Shown in pieces: positions 47,043 to 57,972 of a stretch of 64,000 nt of DNA. Positions within the stretch are counted from its first letter, which is position 1. The number at the start of each line of letters is the position of its first letter. The position numbers were made by a program, and so were the translations under genes. The stretch spans positions 629,110 through 693,109 of the forward strand of contig OY969428.1 in the NCBI GenBank assembly GCA_963699275.1, given 5' to 3'. A model generated the notes under the pieces. That model did not search any database and was not told the origin of the DNA. It saw only the letters and a list, made by a program, of their open reading frames with translations. Source of the stretch: an uncultured bacterium. GTDB taxonomy: Bacteria; Babelota; Babeliae; Babelales; Babelaceae.

Positions 47043-48811
47043 AATTCTTGAGCCTGTTCCTGCCAGAGATGTGCATAAAGACCACCTTGTGAAAGAAGTT
47101 CCTCATGAGTGCCTCTTTCAGCAATTCGGCCATGATCAAATACTAATATTTTGTCAGCATCAACAATTGTTGAAAGGCGATGCGCTATGATGAGCGCAGT
47201 AGTTGATGCAGATATCTCTTTTACATTTTGTTGAATCTCTTTTTCAGTTCTTGTATCCAATGCAGACGTTGCTTCATCAAATACGTATACTGCTGGTTTT
47301 TTAATAATTGCACGCGCAATAGCGATACGCTGTTTTTCGCCACCGCTAATTTTGAGTCCTCTTTCACCTACAATTGTTTCATACCCATCAGGAATCTTTG
47401 CAATAAACGTATCAAGATGCGCAAGCCGCGCCGCTTCAAAGACCTGTTCTTTCGTGGCACTCGGTTTTCCGTACGCAATATTGTAAAAGAGGGTGTTATT
47501 AAAAAGAACGGTATCCTGGGGTACAAAAGCCATCAGGTCATGGAGAGATTTCTGAGTTACGGTGCGGACATCATGACCATTTATTAAAATAGCTCCTCCC
47601 GTTACATCATAGAGCCTAAAAAGCAGACGACTGATCGTCGATTTTCCTGATCCAGTGGGTCCTACAAGAGCAATGGTTTTTCCTGCAGGAACTGAAAAAC
47701 TTATTTCATGAAGGATTTCTCGCTTTGCATCATAGCTAAATGAAACCTGTTCAAAGGTAATACTCGCAGTCTCAGCCGCAAGGGCGATCGCATTTGGTGC
47801 ATCTACTACTTCAGGTTTTCTTTCTAAAAGGGCAATTGAATCGCTAATGTCTACAAAGCCCTTACGAATTTGTTGGAGAATATAGCCGAAATAACTTAGG
47901 GGCACGACAAACTGAAGGATGTAGGCATTAATGAGTACAAAATCACTCGTTTGTAATGTGTGATTGAGAACTGCCTTTCCCGCATACCAGGTAATAAGTG
48001 AGAGTCCCGTGCCAATAATAAGAGACTGCAGGAGATGCATAAACATTGTCTCTTTGTTTAGCCAGTGAGCAGACTGTGTTTGATCGTCGAGATGTTTTCT
48101 ACATTGCGCTTTTTCAAATGCCTGATTGGTGAAATATTTTACGGTCTCAAAATTAATGAGGCTATCAATAATAAATGCCTTTGTACCCGATCTTTTTTCA
48201 TTATAGATTTCATGGGTTTTATGAGAGCGCTCAAGTCCGATGATGCTTGCGGCGATATAGAGAAGAAGCATGCAAGCAACTGCAGTTGAATAGAGAGCTC
48301 CGTATAAAAAGAAAATAACAATGATTGCTCCAATGATTTCTGCAATAGTGGGGATCATAAAAAGAAAGAGGCCCCAAAAAAGATTTTCTATGCCATGGTG
48401 AGCACGGGTAATTGCACTTGAAATAGCCCCTGTTCTTCGTTCAAGGTGAAAGCGGAGAGAGAGCGTATGGAGGTGATCAAAGAGTTCCAAACTAAAACGA
48501 TTGGTTACCTGCTCTAAAATCTCTGTGACTAGATATGAGCGAATATGCGCAACTATTTGGCTTACTGTCCATGCTATGCCATACAGCATGAGCATGAGGC
48601 TTACAACTGCAGGTACGTTCTGTGTAGAAAAAAGAGCTATTACCTTTCTAAAAATGAGAGGCACGCCAACATTCATCATGATGGTAATAATCATCACAAA
48701 GACGGCGAGGACGATCTTTAGCATCCATGATCTGTCACCTTTCCACAGATAATGGGTGACCATTGAAAGCGTTTTAATAAGATTGGTGGTAGCCTTTTTT
48801 TGTGCTGTCAT
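47039..48811 (-). CDS. ABC exporter (fused permease + ATPase), Atm1/ABCB7-like
   Basis: The start is taken at MTAQKK (48811). FHLERRTGAISSAITRAHHGIENLF lies in the TMD. Walker A is GPTGSGKST, the signature is LSGGEKQRIAIARA, and Walker B is VYVFDEATSALD. Confidence 0.85.
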   Translation of the reverse strand: MTAQKKATTNLIKTLSMVTHYLWKGDRSWMLKIVLAVFVMIITIMMNVGVPLIFRKVIALFSTQNVPAVVSLMLMLYGIAWTVSQIVAHIRSYLVTEILEQVTNRFSLELFDHLHTLSLRFHLERRTGAISSAITRAHHGIENLFWGLFLFMIPTIAEIIGAIIVIFFLYGALYSTAVACMLLLYIAASIIGLERSHKTHEIYNEKRSGTKAFIIDSLINFETVKYFTNQAFEKAQCRKHLDDQTQSAHWLNKETMFMHLLQSLIIGTGLSLITWYAGKAVLNHTLQTSDFVLINAYILQFVVPLSYFGYILQQIRKGFVDISDSIALLERKPEVVDAPNAIALAAETASITFEQVSFSYDAKREILHEISFSVPAGKTIALVGPTGSGKSTISRLLFRLYDVTGGAILINGHDVRTVTQKSLHDLMAFVPQDTVLFNNTLFYNIAYGKPSATKEQVFEAARLAHLDTFIAKIPDGYETIVGERGLKISGGEKQRIAIARAIIKKPAVYVFDEATSALDTRTEKEIQQNVKEISASTTALIIAHRLSTIVDADKILVFDHGRIAERGTHEELLSQGGLYAHLWQEQAQEF

Positions 48812-48889
48812 CTCTTTTTTCCCCTTTTGCTTTCCTTCTAAAAAGCTATATATTGGGTAATGCTTATAGTTTAACATAAATCTCAACCA

Positions 48890-49618
48890 ATGGATTTTAT
48901 GGGGCATCAGAATAATAATGTGTCACCGGAACATGTCCATATTCATGACGACCACCATCATCATGACCCAACTTTTAAAACCGAGCTGATGCATCACCTT
49001 CCTTATGCTATCTTTTCAGTAGCATTGGGCATGATTATCTTAAGTTTCCTTGATTATGCGTCTGTTCTTCATTCGATAGGACATGAGGCACGTCGCATTG
49101 CCTGTGGCGGCTATCATATGCTGTTTCACAGTTTCCACTTTTTGCATATACTTTTTGCAGCGACGGGAACAATTATTACGTTTTCCCGTTTTTCTCAAAA
49201 TATCGTCAAGATGCTCATTATCGGCACGATTTCTCCGGCATTTTTCTGTATGCTTTCTGACGTGCTCCTGCCATATTTAGCAGGAAGATTGCTGGGCGTT
49301 GATATGGAACTGCATATCTGCTTTCATCGAGAGCTTCAGAACGTGCTTCCATTCTTGGCAGTTGGGGTGATTAATGGCCTTGTGTTACGTATGCATCATT
49401 CTTCAATGCTTCCCGTCTTTTCGTTAGGTTCACACGTCATGCACATACTCATTAGCTCACTTGCAGCGCTCTTTTATATGGTCGCTCATGGCTTTGATAA
49501 TTGGTACCCACGGATGGGATGGGTCTTTTTATTTTTGGTAATTGCTGTGGTCATTCCCTGCACGCTTTCTGATATTCTAGTGCCTATGTACTGGGCTGGA
49601 GTGAAAACTAAAAAATGA
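48890..49618 (+). CDS. His-rich polytopic membrane protein, possible metal transporter
   Basis: N-terminus ..PEHVHIHDDHHHHDP, then about 6-7 TM segments with conserved His residues. The stop overlaps the potA start (ATGA). Confidence 0.5.
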   Translation: MDFMGHQNNNVSPEHVHIHDDHHHHDPTFKTELMHHLPYAIFSVALGMIILSFLDYASVLHSIGHEARRIACGGYHMLFHSFHFLHILFAATGTIITFSRFSQNIVKMLIIGTISPAFFCMLSDVLLPYLAGRLLGVDMELHICFHRELQNVLPFLAVGVINGLVLRMHHSSMLPVFSLGSHVMHILISSLAALFYMVAHGFDNWYPRMGWVFLFLVIAVVIPCTLSDILVPMYWAGVKTKK

Positions 49619-50703
49619 AAAGTGTTAGGCTGGAACATGTAACGAAATCCTTTCACGGAGAACTGATCGTACAAGACATCAATCTCACTATTCCTTCAGG
49701 AAAGATTTTTGTGCTTCTCGGGCCAAGTGGTAGTGGTAAAACGACCTTGCTCCGCTTAATCGGAGGATTTGAGCGTGTTGATAGCGGTAAGATTTTTTTG
49801 GGAAACGAGGATGTCACTAAACTCCCCATCAATGAACGTCCTATTAATACCGTCTTTCAAAATTATGCACTCTTTCCTCATCTTACCGTTTTTGAAAATG
49901 TTGCTTATAGTCTGATGATCTCGAAGTTATCCCGTCATACGATTAAAGAAAAAGTCGATAAAATGCTTAAAATGGTTCGTCTTGAAGCTCATGCTAATAA
50001 AGCGATTAGAACACTTTCGGGAGGTCAACAACAACGTGTTGCACTTGCACGAGCAATTATAAATGAGCCTGATGTGCTCTTGCTTGATGAGCCTCTGGCG
50101 GCGCTTGATTTTACGCTGCGGGAACGCGTGCTTGTCAATCTTATTGCATTACAAGATACATTAAAAACGACGTTTATTTATGTGACGCATGATCAGCTCG
50201 AAGCGTTGACGGTAGCTGATAAGATGGCAATTCTCAATCATGATGGAGATATAGAACAACAGGGAACTCCCAAAGAAATTTATGAGTTCCCTGTTTCTTC
50301 ATTTGTTGCACAGTTTGTAGGGACGAGTAATATTTTTCAGGGCACATTTAAAAAAGAGCCGACACCACTTCTAGAAGTTCCTGGGTTAGGTGATTTGATT
50401 GTCCAAATTCCTTCGGAAAAGCATTGGATGGTTGAAAAATCTGAGCTGCTGTTGAGTGTAAGGCCTGAAAAGATACTTATTGCACGCAGTGAACGTCCAG
50501 GATTTGCTAATATGCTTACAGGGGTTGTTGAGGCCATTGTGTATCACGGACGATCAACCCAATATAATGTCCGTTTAAAAAATGGCAAGATTGTTCAGGT
50601 ATTTGAGCAGAATGAAGAACATTTCCCGCATGAGATCATAGATTACGATAACATCGTCTATTTGCACTGGCAAAAAGAAAATGCCGTTTTATTGGAAAGG
50701 TAG
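49615..50703 (+). CDS. potA: polyamine ABC transporter ATP-binding protein
   Basis: GPSGSGKTTLLRLIGGFE, LSGGQQQRVALARA and LLLDEPLAALD, plus a C-terminal TOBE-like domain. Confidence 0.85.
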   Translation: MKSVRLEHVTKSFHGELIVQDINLTIPSGKIFVLLGPSGSGKTTLLRLIGGFERVDSGKIFLGNEDVTKLPINERPINTVFQNYALFPHLTVFENVAYSLMISKLSRHTIKEKVDKMLKMVRLEAHANKAIRTLSGGQQQRVALARAIINEPDVLLLDEPLAALDFTLRERVLVNLIALQDTLKTTFIYVTHDQLEALTVADKMAILNHDGDIEQQGTPKEIYEFPVSSFVAQFVGTSNIFQGTFKKEPTPLLEVPGLGDLIVQIPSEKHWMVEKSELLLSVRPEKILIARSERPGFANMLTGVVEAIVYHGRSTQYNVRLKNGKIVQVFEQNEEHFPHEIIDYDNIVYLHWQKENAVLLER

Positions 50704-50706
50704 CCT

Positions 50707-51579
50707 ATGCAAGAATTTCTGAGCAAATTGAAGCGTGAGTTTCCCTTCTTTTTTATTGTTCCCAGCTTTGTATGGCAAATACTCTTTTTCTATGTGCCGC
50801 TTGCTTTCATGTTTTTTATGAGTCTAATCATTATTTGTCCAGAACGAGCGGTGCCCATTTTCTCTGTCTGCAGGTATATTCCTTTTTTGAACCATGCCTA
50901 TATATATATTATTATTAAATCGGTTATTTTAGCCGCGGTTACAGGAATTCTCTGTTTTTTAATTGGCTATCCACTTGCTTCTTTTTTGGTTTTTCGGGCG
51001 GGACGATTCAAGCCCATATTTATTTTTTTGTTAATTTTACCGTTCTTTACTAATTTTCTTCTGCATGTCTATTCTTGGTTTTTTGTTCTTGATAGAAGTG
51101 GCATACTCAATAATACTCTTTTGTACCTAAGGCTTATCGGGGAACCCCTCCCTTTTTTAAATTCTATCGGGGCGATTATGGTATTAATGGTCTACTGCTA
51201 CTTGCCCTTTATGGTGCTCGGAATCTATACTGCGCTTGAACGTTTTGATACAACGCTTATTGAAGCTTCAGAAGATTTGGGCGCATCGGGATTCGAGACG
51301 TGGTTTCACATTATTTGGCCACTTTCAATGTCAGGGATCATTACAGGATTTTTCTTAGTGTTTGTTCCATCATTCGGTGAATTTGCAATTCCAGGATTGA
51401 TGGGTGGTGAAAAATATCTTTTTGTGGGATCTGTTATCGCCCAGTACGCACTTGGCGGCAAGACGCTTGCTTATGGGACAGCATTTACCGTTACGAGCTT
51501 TTGTTGCTTAGTTATTCTTATGATTATTGGTTATCAGCTCCAAAAAGTAATCTATGCTTATTTTATGGGTGAAAGATGA
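50707..51579 (+). CDS. potB: polyamine ABC transporter permease
   Basis: Six-TM binding-protein-dependent permease with the EAA-type loop IEASEDLGAS.... Confidence 0.8.
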   Translation: MQEFLSKLKREFPFFFIVPSFVWQILFFYVPLAFMFFMSLIIICPERAVPIFSVCRYIPFLNHAYIYIIIKSVILAAVTGILCFLIGYPLASFLVFRAGRFKPIFIFLLILPFFTNFLLHVYSWFFVLDRSGILNNTLLYLRLIGEPLPFLNSIGAIMVLMVYCYLPFMVLGIYTALERFDTTLIEASEDLGASGFETWFHIIWPLSMSGIITGFFLVFVPSFGEFAIPGLMGGEKYLFVGSVIAQYALGGKTLAYGTAFTVTSFCCLVILMIIGYQLQKVIYAYFMGER

Positions 51580-52358
51580 CACTCCTTGGAAGGCTCAGTT
51601 TTATTTTATTAATCGCGACATCGTATCTTTTTTTATATGTTCCTATTGCGGTTCTTATTCTTTTTTCTTTCAATGATGGACCATTTCCATCACCGTGGGT
51701 AGGATTTTCTTTAAAATGGTACCATGAGCTCTTTCATTCTTCTGTTATTTGGTCGGCTTTTTATAATTCACTTATCCTTGCTCTTTCGGCGATGATCTTG
51801 AGCGTAACGTTTAGCCTCGGTCTGGTTTACTTTGCGTGCACAAAAAGACCGATTAGAAAATTTACCTTTCTGTTTTATGGAAATACGGTTGTTCCCGAAG
51901 TCGTGCTTGCCATAGGCTTATTGAGCTTTTTTTCACTCCTTGCCATTCCGTTAGGGCTTATTGCATTGATAGCGGGGCACACGGTGTTAGGACTGGGGTA
52001 TGCGGTGCCCATTATTTATACAAGTTATCTTTCACGAGATAAAAGGATTTACGAGGCGTCACTTGATCTTGGTGCAACAAAAAGCCAGACATTTTGGAAG
52101 ATTGAGCTACCGCTCTTGAGACCCGCTATCCTTTCGGCGGCTCTTTTGGTGTTTATTATGTCCTTTGATGATTTTATTATCTCCTACTTTTGCTCAGGCA
52201 GTGAGGCCCAGACGCTTTCGCTCTATATTTACAGCATGATTCGTTCGGGAATATCACCGGTGGTTAATGCGCTATCAACGATTCTGTTAGCGTTGAGCAG
52301 CCTTTTGGTAATAATACTGTGTTATATAATGATGCGCTCGAAACTGATACGGATATGA
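51576..52358 (+). CDS. potC: polyamine ABC transporter permease
   Basis: Six-TM permease with the EAA loop YEASLDLGATKSQTFWKIELP. ATGA overlap with potB. Confidence 0.8.
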   Translation: MTLLGRLSFILLIATSYLFLYVPIAVLILFSFNDGPFPSPWVGFSLKWYHELFHSSVIWSAFYNSLILALSAMILSVTFSLGLVYFACTKRPIRKFTFLFYGNTVVPEVVLAIGLLSFFSLLAIPLGLIALIAGHTVLGLGYAVPIIYTSYLSRDKRIYEASLDLGATKSQTFWKIELPLLRPAILSAALLVFIMSFDDFIISYFCSGSEAQTLSLYIYSMIRSGISPVVNALSTILLALSSLLVIILCYIMMRSKLIRI

Positions 52359-53452
52359 CGACCAGACTTTTTATTTTTCGTACTGTAATTGTTGTGTTCT
52401 GGTTTGCTGTAATTATGGGATTTGCGTACTGTCCTAATTTTTCGATGTTCTCAAGCACGAGAAAATCTATCAATGTGTGTACCTGGTCGGGGATGTTCGA
52501 TTTGCAGCTTATTTCAGAGTTTGAGAAACAGACGGGCATTCACGTAAATCTGAGTTACTACGAAAGTAATGAGGAGCTCTTTCTTAAATTAGGGACCTCT
52601 CAAATGCATGGCTATGATCTTATTCTTCCATCAGACTATGCAATTGATCACCTTAAAACGAGAGGAATGCTCAAAAAAATTGATAAGACGAAGCTTGTCT
52701 TTTATCAGCACCTGAATCCTGTCTTGCTCGGTCATTATTTTGATGAACAGAATAACTACTCAGTGCCGTTTGAATGGTCAATTTATGTGATTGGTATTAA
52801 CGACGAGTGCTATGAAAACCGGAAAAAATCGCTCCCCGAGACCTGGGCGCTTATTTTTGATAAAGAGTGGCTCAAGACACATCGCATCATTATGACAAAT
52901 GACCCATTAGTTGCCATTCCGCTTGCATCATTTTATCTCTATCATTCTTTTGAAGAACTCTCTAAAAATCAAATACAAGCAATCAAGGCGCTACTTACAA
53001 GCCAATATAAATGGGTAGCCGCCTATAGAGATTTTAGAGCGAGCAACTATCTTGCGAGTAATAATGCATGTCTTGCCGTTTCGTCAAGCTCCTACATGCT
53101 ACAAAGTATGAAAGAATCCCCTTCGCTTGATTTCGTTATACCAAAAGAAGGAACACTCGTTACCATTGAAAGTTTTGCTATTCCAAGTTCAAGCAATAAA
53201 GAAGATCTCGTGTATTCATTTATGAATTTTATGATGCGTCCTGAGAATGTTGCACATAACTATGCTCATCTTGGCTTTTTCCCCGCCACTCTTGATGCTT
53301 TACCTCTGCTAAGTCTTCATCCAAAAGCTCGTGAGCTCATTACGCTTTCAAAAAAAGAATTTGAGCGCTTTCATCTCTTGCGCTACGATATTATCAAAAA
53401 TGCGCTCAGTGAAGCAGAATTGCAGGATTTGTGGATTAGAATAAAAGTATAA
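52355..53452 (+). CDS. potD: polyamine-binding periplasmic protein (PotD/PotF family)
   Basis: The start is taken at MTTRLF (overlaps the potC stop). Leader plus INVCTWSGMF....YYESNEELFLKL...GYDLILPSDY. Confidence 0.75.
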   Translation: MTTRLFIFRTVIVVFWFAVIMGFAYCPNFSMFSSTRKSINVCTWSGMFDLQLISEFEKQTGIHVNLSYYESNEELFLKLGTSQMHGYDLILPSDYAIDHLKTRGMLKKIDKTKLVFYQHLNPVLLGHYFDEQNNYSVPFEWSIYVIGINDECYENRKKSLPETWALIFDKEWLKTHRIIMTNDPLVAIPLASFYLYHSFEELSKNQIQAIKALLTSQYKWVAAYRDFRASNYLASNNACLAVSSSSYMLQSMKESPSLDFVIPKEGTLVTIESFAIPSSSNKEDLVYSFMNFMMRPENVAHNYAHLGFFPATLDALPLLSLHPKARELITLSKKEFERFHLLRYDIIKNALSEAELQDLWIRIKV

Positions 53453-53627
53453 AGCCTTTTGCCGCTTATTTATCATTATGAACAAGAATTTGAAAAATTT
53501 TTAGGGGTCACGGTTCCTTATTTATGGTTATCTCTTAGAGGTGCTCCGGCAACGGCATTTGATGTTTTTTGCATTTAAGATAGTTTGCTAATATAACGGT
53601 AGCACCTTATAACACGGACAATTCTCT

Positions 53628-55859
53628 ATGAACATTAAAAATTTCTTAATTTCTTTACTCTTTATTTCTTATCCTCTGTGTGCGATGTCCTCAAAACAAT
53701 TAGCCAAACAAAGGAATAAAATTACCAGACAGCATCTTGAAAATCTAAACGAAGAATTAAAAGAGTTCTTGCTGCTTTTGAAGAAGCCGGGAAATATTAA
53801 CGCTCGTGATGCGCATGGAAATACTCCACTTATAAGGGCTATCGAGCAAAGCAACAGTAAAATGACTCAACTGATCCTTAAACTACCAGCCACAGATATC
53901 AATGCCAAAAATCAAGAAGGCGTAACCGCTCTTATGTGCGCTGCCAAAATATCTCGATTCAAAGAAATTGTTCAGTTATTGCTCGCTAAAAAAGCTATTG
54001 ATGTTAATGCCCAAGATGTAAGAGGAGAAACAGCTCTGATGATCGCCACAAAATTTGGTAACAAAGAAGTTGTTGAGTTGCTCTTTAAAGCACCCAATAT
54101 AAATGTAAATGCTCAAGATAAAGATGGCAAAACAGCTCTTATGTTTGCTGCGCAATTTGATCAAAAAGAAATCGCTCAACTGCTTATTGCACAACCTGGA
54201 ATTGCTATCAATGCCCAAACGAAATCCGGTTGGACGGCTTTAACGTATGCTATTCGATCTGAGGGCGCTGAAATAACAGCACTCCTTCTAAATCAACCTT
54301 GCATCGATGTTTCGAAAGTGCTTTTTGATGCGGTCACGTTTGGTAGAAAAGAAGTTGTCGAACAGCTTCTTGCCAGACCTGATGTCGATGTCAATGCTGT
54401 CACAGAAGCGGGATTGAGTGCTTTGAGATTAGCATTTGATTATCAACAGAAAGATATAATTATCTTACTGCTTAATAAAAAAGGAATAGATATCAAACAA
54501 GCGCTTTTTCATGCCGTTCGTAAAAATAATAAAGAAGCGGTCCAACTGTTTCTTGCTCAATCTTGTATTGACATAAATATCGTGTATCAAAAACACACGG
54601 TTCTCGGTATTGCTGCCGAAAATGGTCACAAGGAGATAGTGGAGCTTCTCCTTCAACAACGTGGTGTCGATGTTAATCGAAAAGACGAATTTGGTCATAC
54701 CGCTCTCATATGCGCTTGCAAAGAAAATTTTACGGAAATTGTTGAACTGCTTCTTAAGCATCCAGGTATCGATATTTGTGCGCGCGATCAAGCGAGGTGG
54801 TCTGCTATGACATTCGCTATCCGCTGTGGTCACAAAAAAATAGTAGCCTTACTACTTGATAATCCTCACATTGATCTTACAGCAGCTCTTATGGAAATAA
54901 TTTCAGCGGGCAATGTAGAGATGATGCGATTGCTTCTTGCCCGAACAAATATCAGTATTAATCTTGCAGATGAATCTGGCGATACACCACTTGTGAAAGC
55001 TATCATTTGTGGGCGAAAAGAAATGGTTCAGTTCCTTCTCCAACAACCTGGCGGTAATATAAATGGCGAAAACAAGTACGGGTGGTCACTTCTTAGGTGT
55101 GCGCTCAAATTTGGTCACCCGGAAATAGCGCTACTTTTGGCTAATGACCCTAACATAGATAGAAATAAAGCTCTTCTAGACGCTGTTCGCGAAGGAAACA
55201 AAGAAATCTTTCAAGTGCTTTTGACTAAACCTGGCGTAGATATAAATGCACACAATGAACATGGTGAGACAGCCCTTATTGTTGCTGCTCAAAAAGGTCA
55301 AACAGAACTGGCAGGGCTACTTCTTGCAATGCCTCATGTCGCTCTTAATGCTGGTGACGATGATGGCCAAACGGCTCTCATGATTGCTGCTTATAATGGT
55401 CACGAGGAAATTGTTGGGCTGCTTCTTGCTCAACTTACTATAGCTGTTAATGTTCAAGACGAGACAGGCAGGACAGCTCTGATGGCTGCTGCTCATGAGG
55501 GTCACAGAGAAATTGTTCAATTACTTCTTGCTCACCCTGATATAGCCATTAATGTTCAAGATAATGAACAGGTAACGGCTCTCATGTACGCTACGGAAAA
55601 CGGTCATACTGAAGCAGCTCAGTGCTTTCTCAGTGCTCCTGACATAGCGGTCAATGTTCAAGATAGTGATGGTCGGACTGCTCTTATGCTTGCTGTTGAA
55701 AACGGTCATCTTGAAACTGTTCAATTGCTACTTCATCAATATGATTTAGAGATGAATATCAAGGATCACGAAGATTTGACAGCTGAGCAGATAGCTGAAC
55801 AAAGCGGGTATGCCACTATTGCACAGTTAATTCGAAGTGCTTATAGAGTCACTCGCTAA
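53628..55859 (+). CDS. large ankyrin-repeat protein (about 20 units) with N-terminal secretion leader
   Basis: Leader MNIKNFLISLLFISYPLCA then MSSK, followed by continuous ANK units. Confidence 0.9.
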   Translation: MNIKNFLISLLFISYPLCAMSSKQLAKQRNKITRQHLENLNEELKEFLLLLKKPGNINARDAHGNTPLIRAIEQSNSKMTQLILKLPATDINAKNQEGVTALMCAAKISRFKEIVQLLLAKKAIDVNAQDVRGETALMIATKFGNKEVVELLFKAPNINVNAQDKDGKTALMFAAQFDQKEIAQLLIAQPGIAINAQTKSGWTALTYAIRSEGAEITALLLNQPCIDVSKVLFDAVTFGRKEVVEQLLARPDVDVNAVTEAGLSALRLAFDYQQKDIIILLLNKKGIDIKQALFHAVRKNNKEAVQLFLAQSCIDINIVYQKHTVLGIAAENGHKEIVELLLQQRGVDVNRKDEFGHTALICACKENFTEIVELLLKHPGIDICARDQARWSAMTFAIRCGHKKIVALLLDNPHIDLTAALMEIISAGNVEMMRLLLARTNISINLADESGDTPLVKAIICGRKEMVQFLLQQPGGNINGENKYGWSLLRCALKFGHPEIALLLANDPNIDRNKALLDAVREGNKEIFQVLLTKPGVDINAHNEHGETALIVAAQKGQTELAGLLLAMPHVALNAGDDDGQTALMIAAYNGHEEIVGLLLAQLTIAVNVQDETGRTALMAAAHEGHREIVQLLLAHPDIAINVQDNEQVTALMYATENGHTEAAQCFLSAPDIAVNVQDSDGRTALMLAVENGHLETVQLLLHQYDLEMNIKDHEDLTAEQIAEQSGYATIAQLIRSAYRVTR

Positions 55860-56061
55860 GCGCTGATAACCCGATGAATGCGTTATCTCAAAATAATAAT
55901 ATCTCTGAAATATACTCGGTACTACTTAATAAGATAAATACAAAATCTTGTATGAAGCCTCTGGGTGGATCTTTGAGTTTTATTGATTTATACTGAAATT
56001 ACTAGCTTATTTGATTACTAAAAACTGATATCAGTGCAATTTTTTTAAAAGAGTTCGAAGT

Positions 56062-57972
56062 ATGAATGATCACCAACGCAAATTTTATGTGACTACTCCT
56101 ATTTATTATGTTACAGCTCGTCCGCATTTAGGCTCATTATATTCAACACTTTTAGCGGATGTTGCTGCACGGTGGCATAAGCTCAGAGGATATAAAACCT
56201 TTTTTCTCACGGGTACTGATGAGCATGGTCAAAAGATAGCAGAAGCTGCTCAGAAGGCGAATATGCCCCCGCAAGCTTTTGTAGATAGTTTTATTGATGC
56301 TTTTAAAGAAACCTGGGATAAGTACGAAATAGTCTACGATTATTTTATTCGAACGACTGATGAAAGTCATATTAAAGCGGTGCAACGCTGGATACGAGAT
56401 TTACAGCAATCAGGTGATATCTATAAATCCTTTTATAGTGGCTTTTACTGCACACCGTGTGAAACCTATGTGACTGAGTCACAAACGCCTGAAGCCGAAG
56501 CACCCTTGTGCCTTTCTTGTGAGAGAGGGACCCGGTTTATTTCTGAGGAATCTTATTTTTTTAGATTATCGGCTTATCAAGATCGGTTACTCGCATTGTA
56601 TGCTGAGAATCCTGATTTTATTGTGCCACGAGAGCGCCTTAATGAGGCGGTAAGCTTTGTTGAATCAGGACTTAAAGATCTCAGTATTTCAAGAACGACC
56701 GTCAAATGGGGTATTCCCTTTCCCGATGATGTGAAGCATACAACCTATGTGTGGGCGGATGCTCTTAATAATTATATAACAGCAGTTGGCTATGGAAATG
56801 AAGCTCGGCAAGAAGAGTTTAAGTTCTGGTGGCCTGCTGATATGCAGGTAATGGGAAAAGATATCGTCAGATTCCATGCTGTTTACTGGCCAGCATTTCT
56901 TATGGCGACCGGGTTAGCGTTGCCGAAACATCTGCTTGTGCATGGCTGGATCAAAATAAACAATCAAAAAATGTCTAAATCATTTGGCAATATAGTTGAT
57001 CCTCTTGCTCTTCTGGAGGCCTACGGAGCTGAACAGGTACGGTATTACCTTGTTCGGCAGTTGGCGATAACGCATGATGCTGAATTTAGTACACTTGATT
57101 TAGAGCAGCGTATTAATGCTGATCTTGCAAATGATCTTGGTAATCTACTCAACAGAGTTTCTACACTTGCTCATAAGCATGAGCTGTTTGAAATAAAACA
57201 TCCACAAAATTGGGGAGCTCGAGAGCTTGATTTGCGTGATTCTTTCTGGAGCATGCTTGAGCTCTACTCAGTTGATATGGAGGATGGATATTTTCATCGA
57301 GCACTCAATAGCTTGTGGAAGTTTATTGGCGAAGTGAATGCTTACTTCCATGCATCAGAGCCATGGAAGATTACTGATAAGGCACGCTTTGAAGAGGTTA
57401 TTTCGGCAACGTGTCACAGCCTCCATGCTATAGGCATTCTTCTTTTACCTGTTATGCCTTCTAAAATGGAAGCATTGCTTAATAGCTTAGGTGTGAGTGT
57501 TCAACCGAATCAAACGACCGATTTTGTTCAGGAGCTCAATGATAATCCATGGACTAAGACATTTTTGCTTACGAAAATTCCGATGCTCTTTGAAAAATAT
57601 GAAGCACAACCTGCGCAAGTCCCAGGAAAGACCGCCCCGGAATTACCAGTTGTTACCTATGATGAGTTTACCAAAGTTGCTTTGGTCGTAGGTACGATCG
57701 AAGCGTGCGAAGATATCGCCGGCTCAGACAAACTCTACAAACTCAAAGTCAATTGTGGCGAGTTTGGTATAAGACAGATTCTTGCCGGGGTGAGAAAGAG
57801 CCTAGCACCTATCGAGTTGTTAGGGAGGCAGGCAGTTTTTGTCTTGAATTTGCCGCCACGTAAAATGATGGGTCTTGATTCAGAAGGAATGATGTTAGTT
57901 GCTAAAGATGGCGAAGCATTGAGAATTATTAGCCCAGTTAATCCGGTAGCTAACGGAACGCGTCTGAGTTAG
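56062..57972 (+). CDS. metG: methionyl-tRNA synthetase with C-terminal tRNA-binding (EMAP-like) domain
   Basis: YVTTPIYYVTARPHLGSLYS (HIGH), a CxxC...CxxC knuckle, NNQKMSKSFGN (KMSKS), and the C-terminus VGTIEACEDIAGSDKLYKLKVNCGE. Confidence 0.92.
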   Translation: MNDHQRKFYVTTPIYYVTARPHLGSLYSTLLADVAARWHKLRGYKTFFLTGTDEHGQKIAEAAQKANMPPQAFVDSFIDAFKETWDKYEIVYDYFIRTTDESHIKAVQRWIRDLQQSGDIYKSFYSGFYCTPCETYVTESQTPEAEAPLCLSCERGTRFISEESYFFRLSAYQDRLLALYAENPDFIVPRERLNEAVSFVESGLKDLSISRTTVKWGIPFPDDVKHTTYVWADALNNYITAVGYGNEARQEEFKFWWPADMQVMGKDIVRFHAVYWPAFLMATGLALPKHLLVHGWIKINNQKMSKSFGNIVDPLALLEAYGAEQVRYYLVRQLAITHDAEFSTLDLEQRINADLANDLGNLLNRVSTLAHKHELFEIKHPQNWGARELDLRDSFWSMLELYSVDMEDGYFHRALNSLWKFIGEVNAYFHASEPWKITDKARFEEVISATCHSLHAIGILLLPVMPSKMEALLNSLGVSVQPNQTTDFVQELNDNPWTKTFLLTKIPMLFEKYEAQPAQVPGKTAPELPVVTYDEFTKVALVVGTIEACEDIAGSDKLYKLKVNCGEFGIRQILAGVRKSLAPIELLGRQAVFVLNLPPRKMMGLDSEGMMLVAKDGEALRIISPVNPVANGTRLS

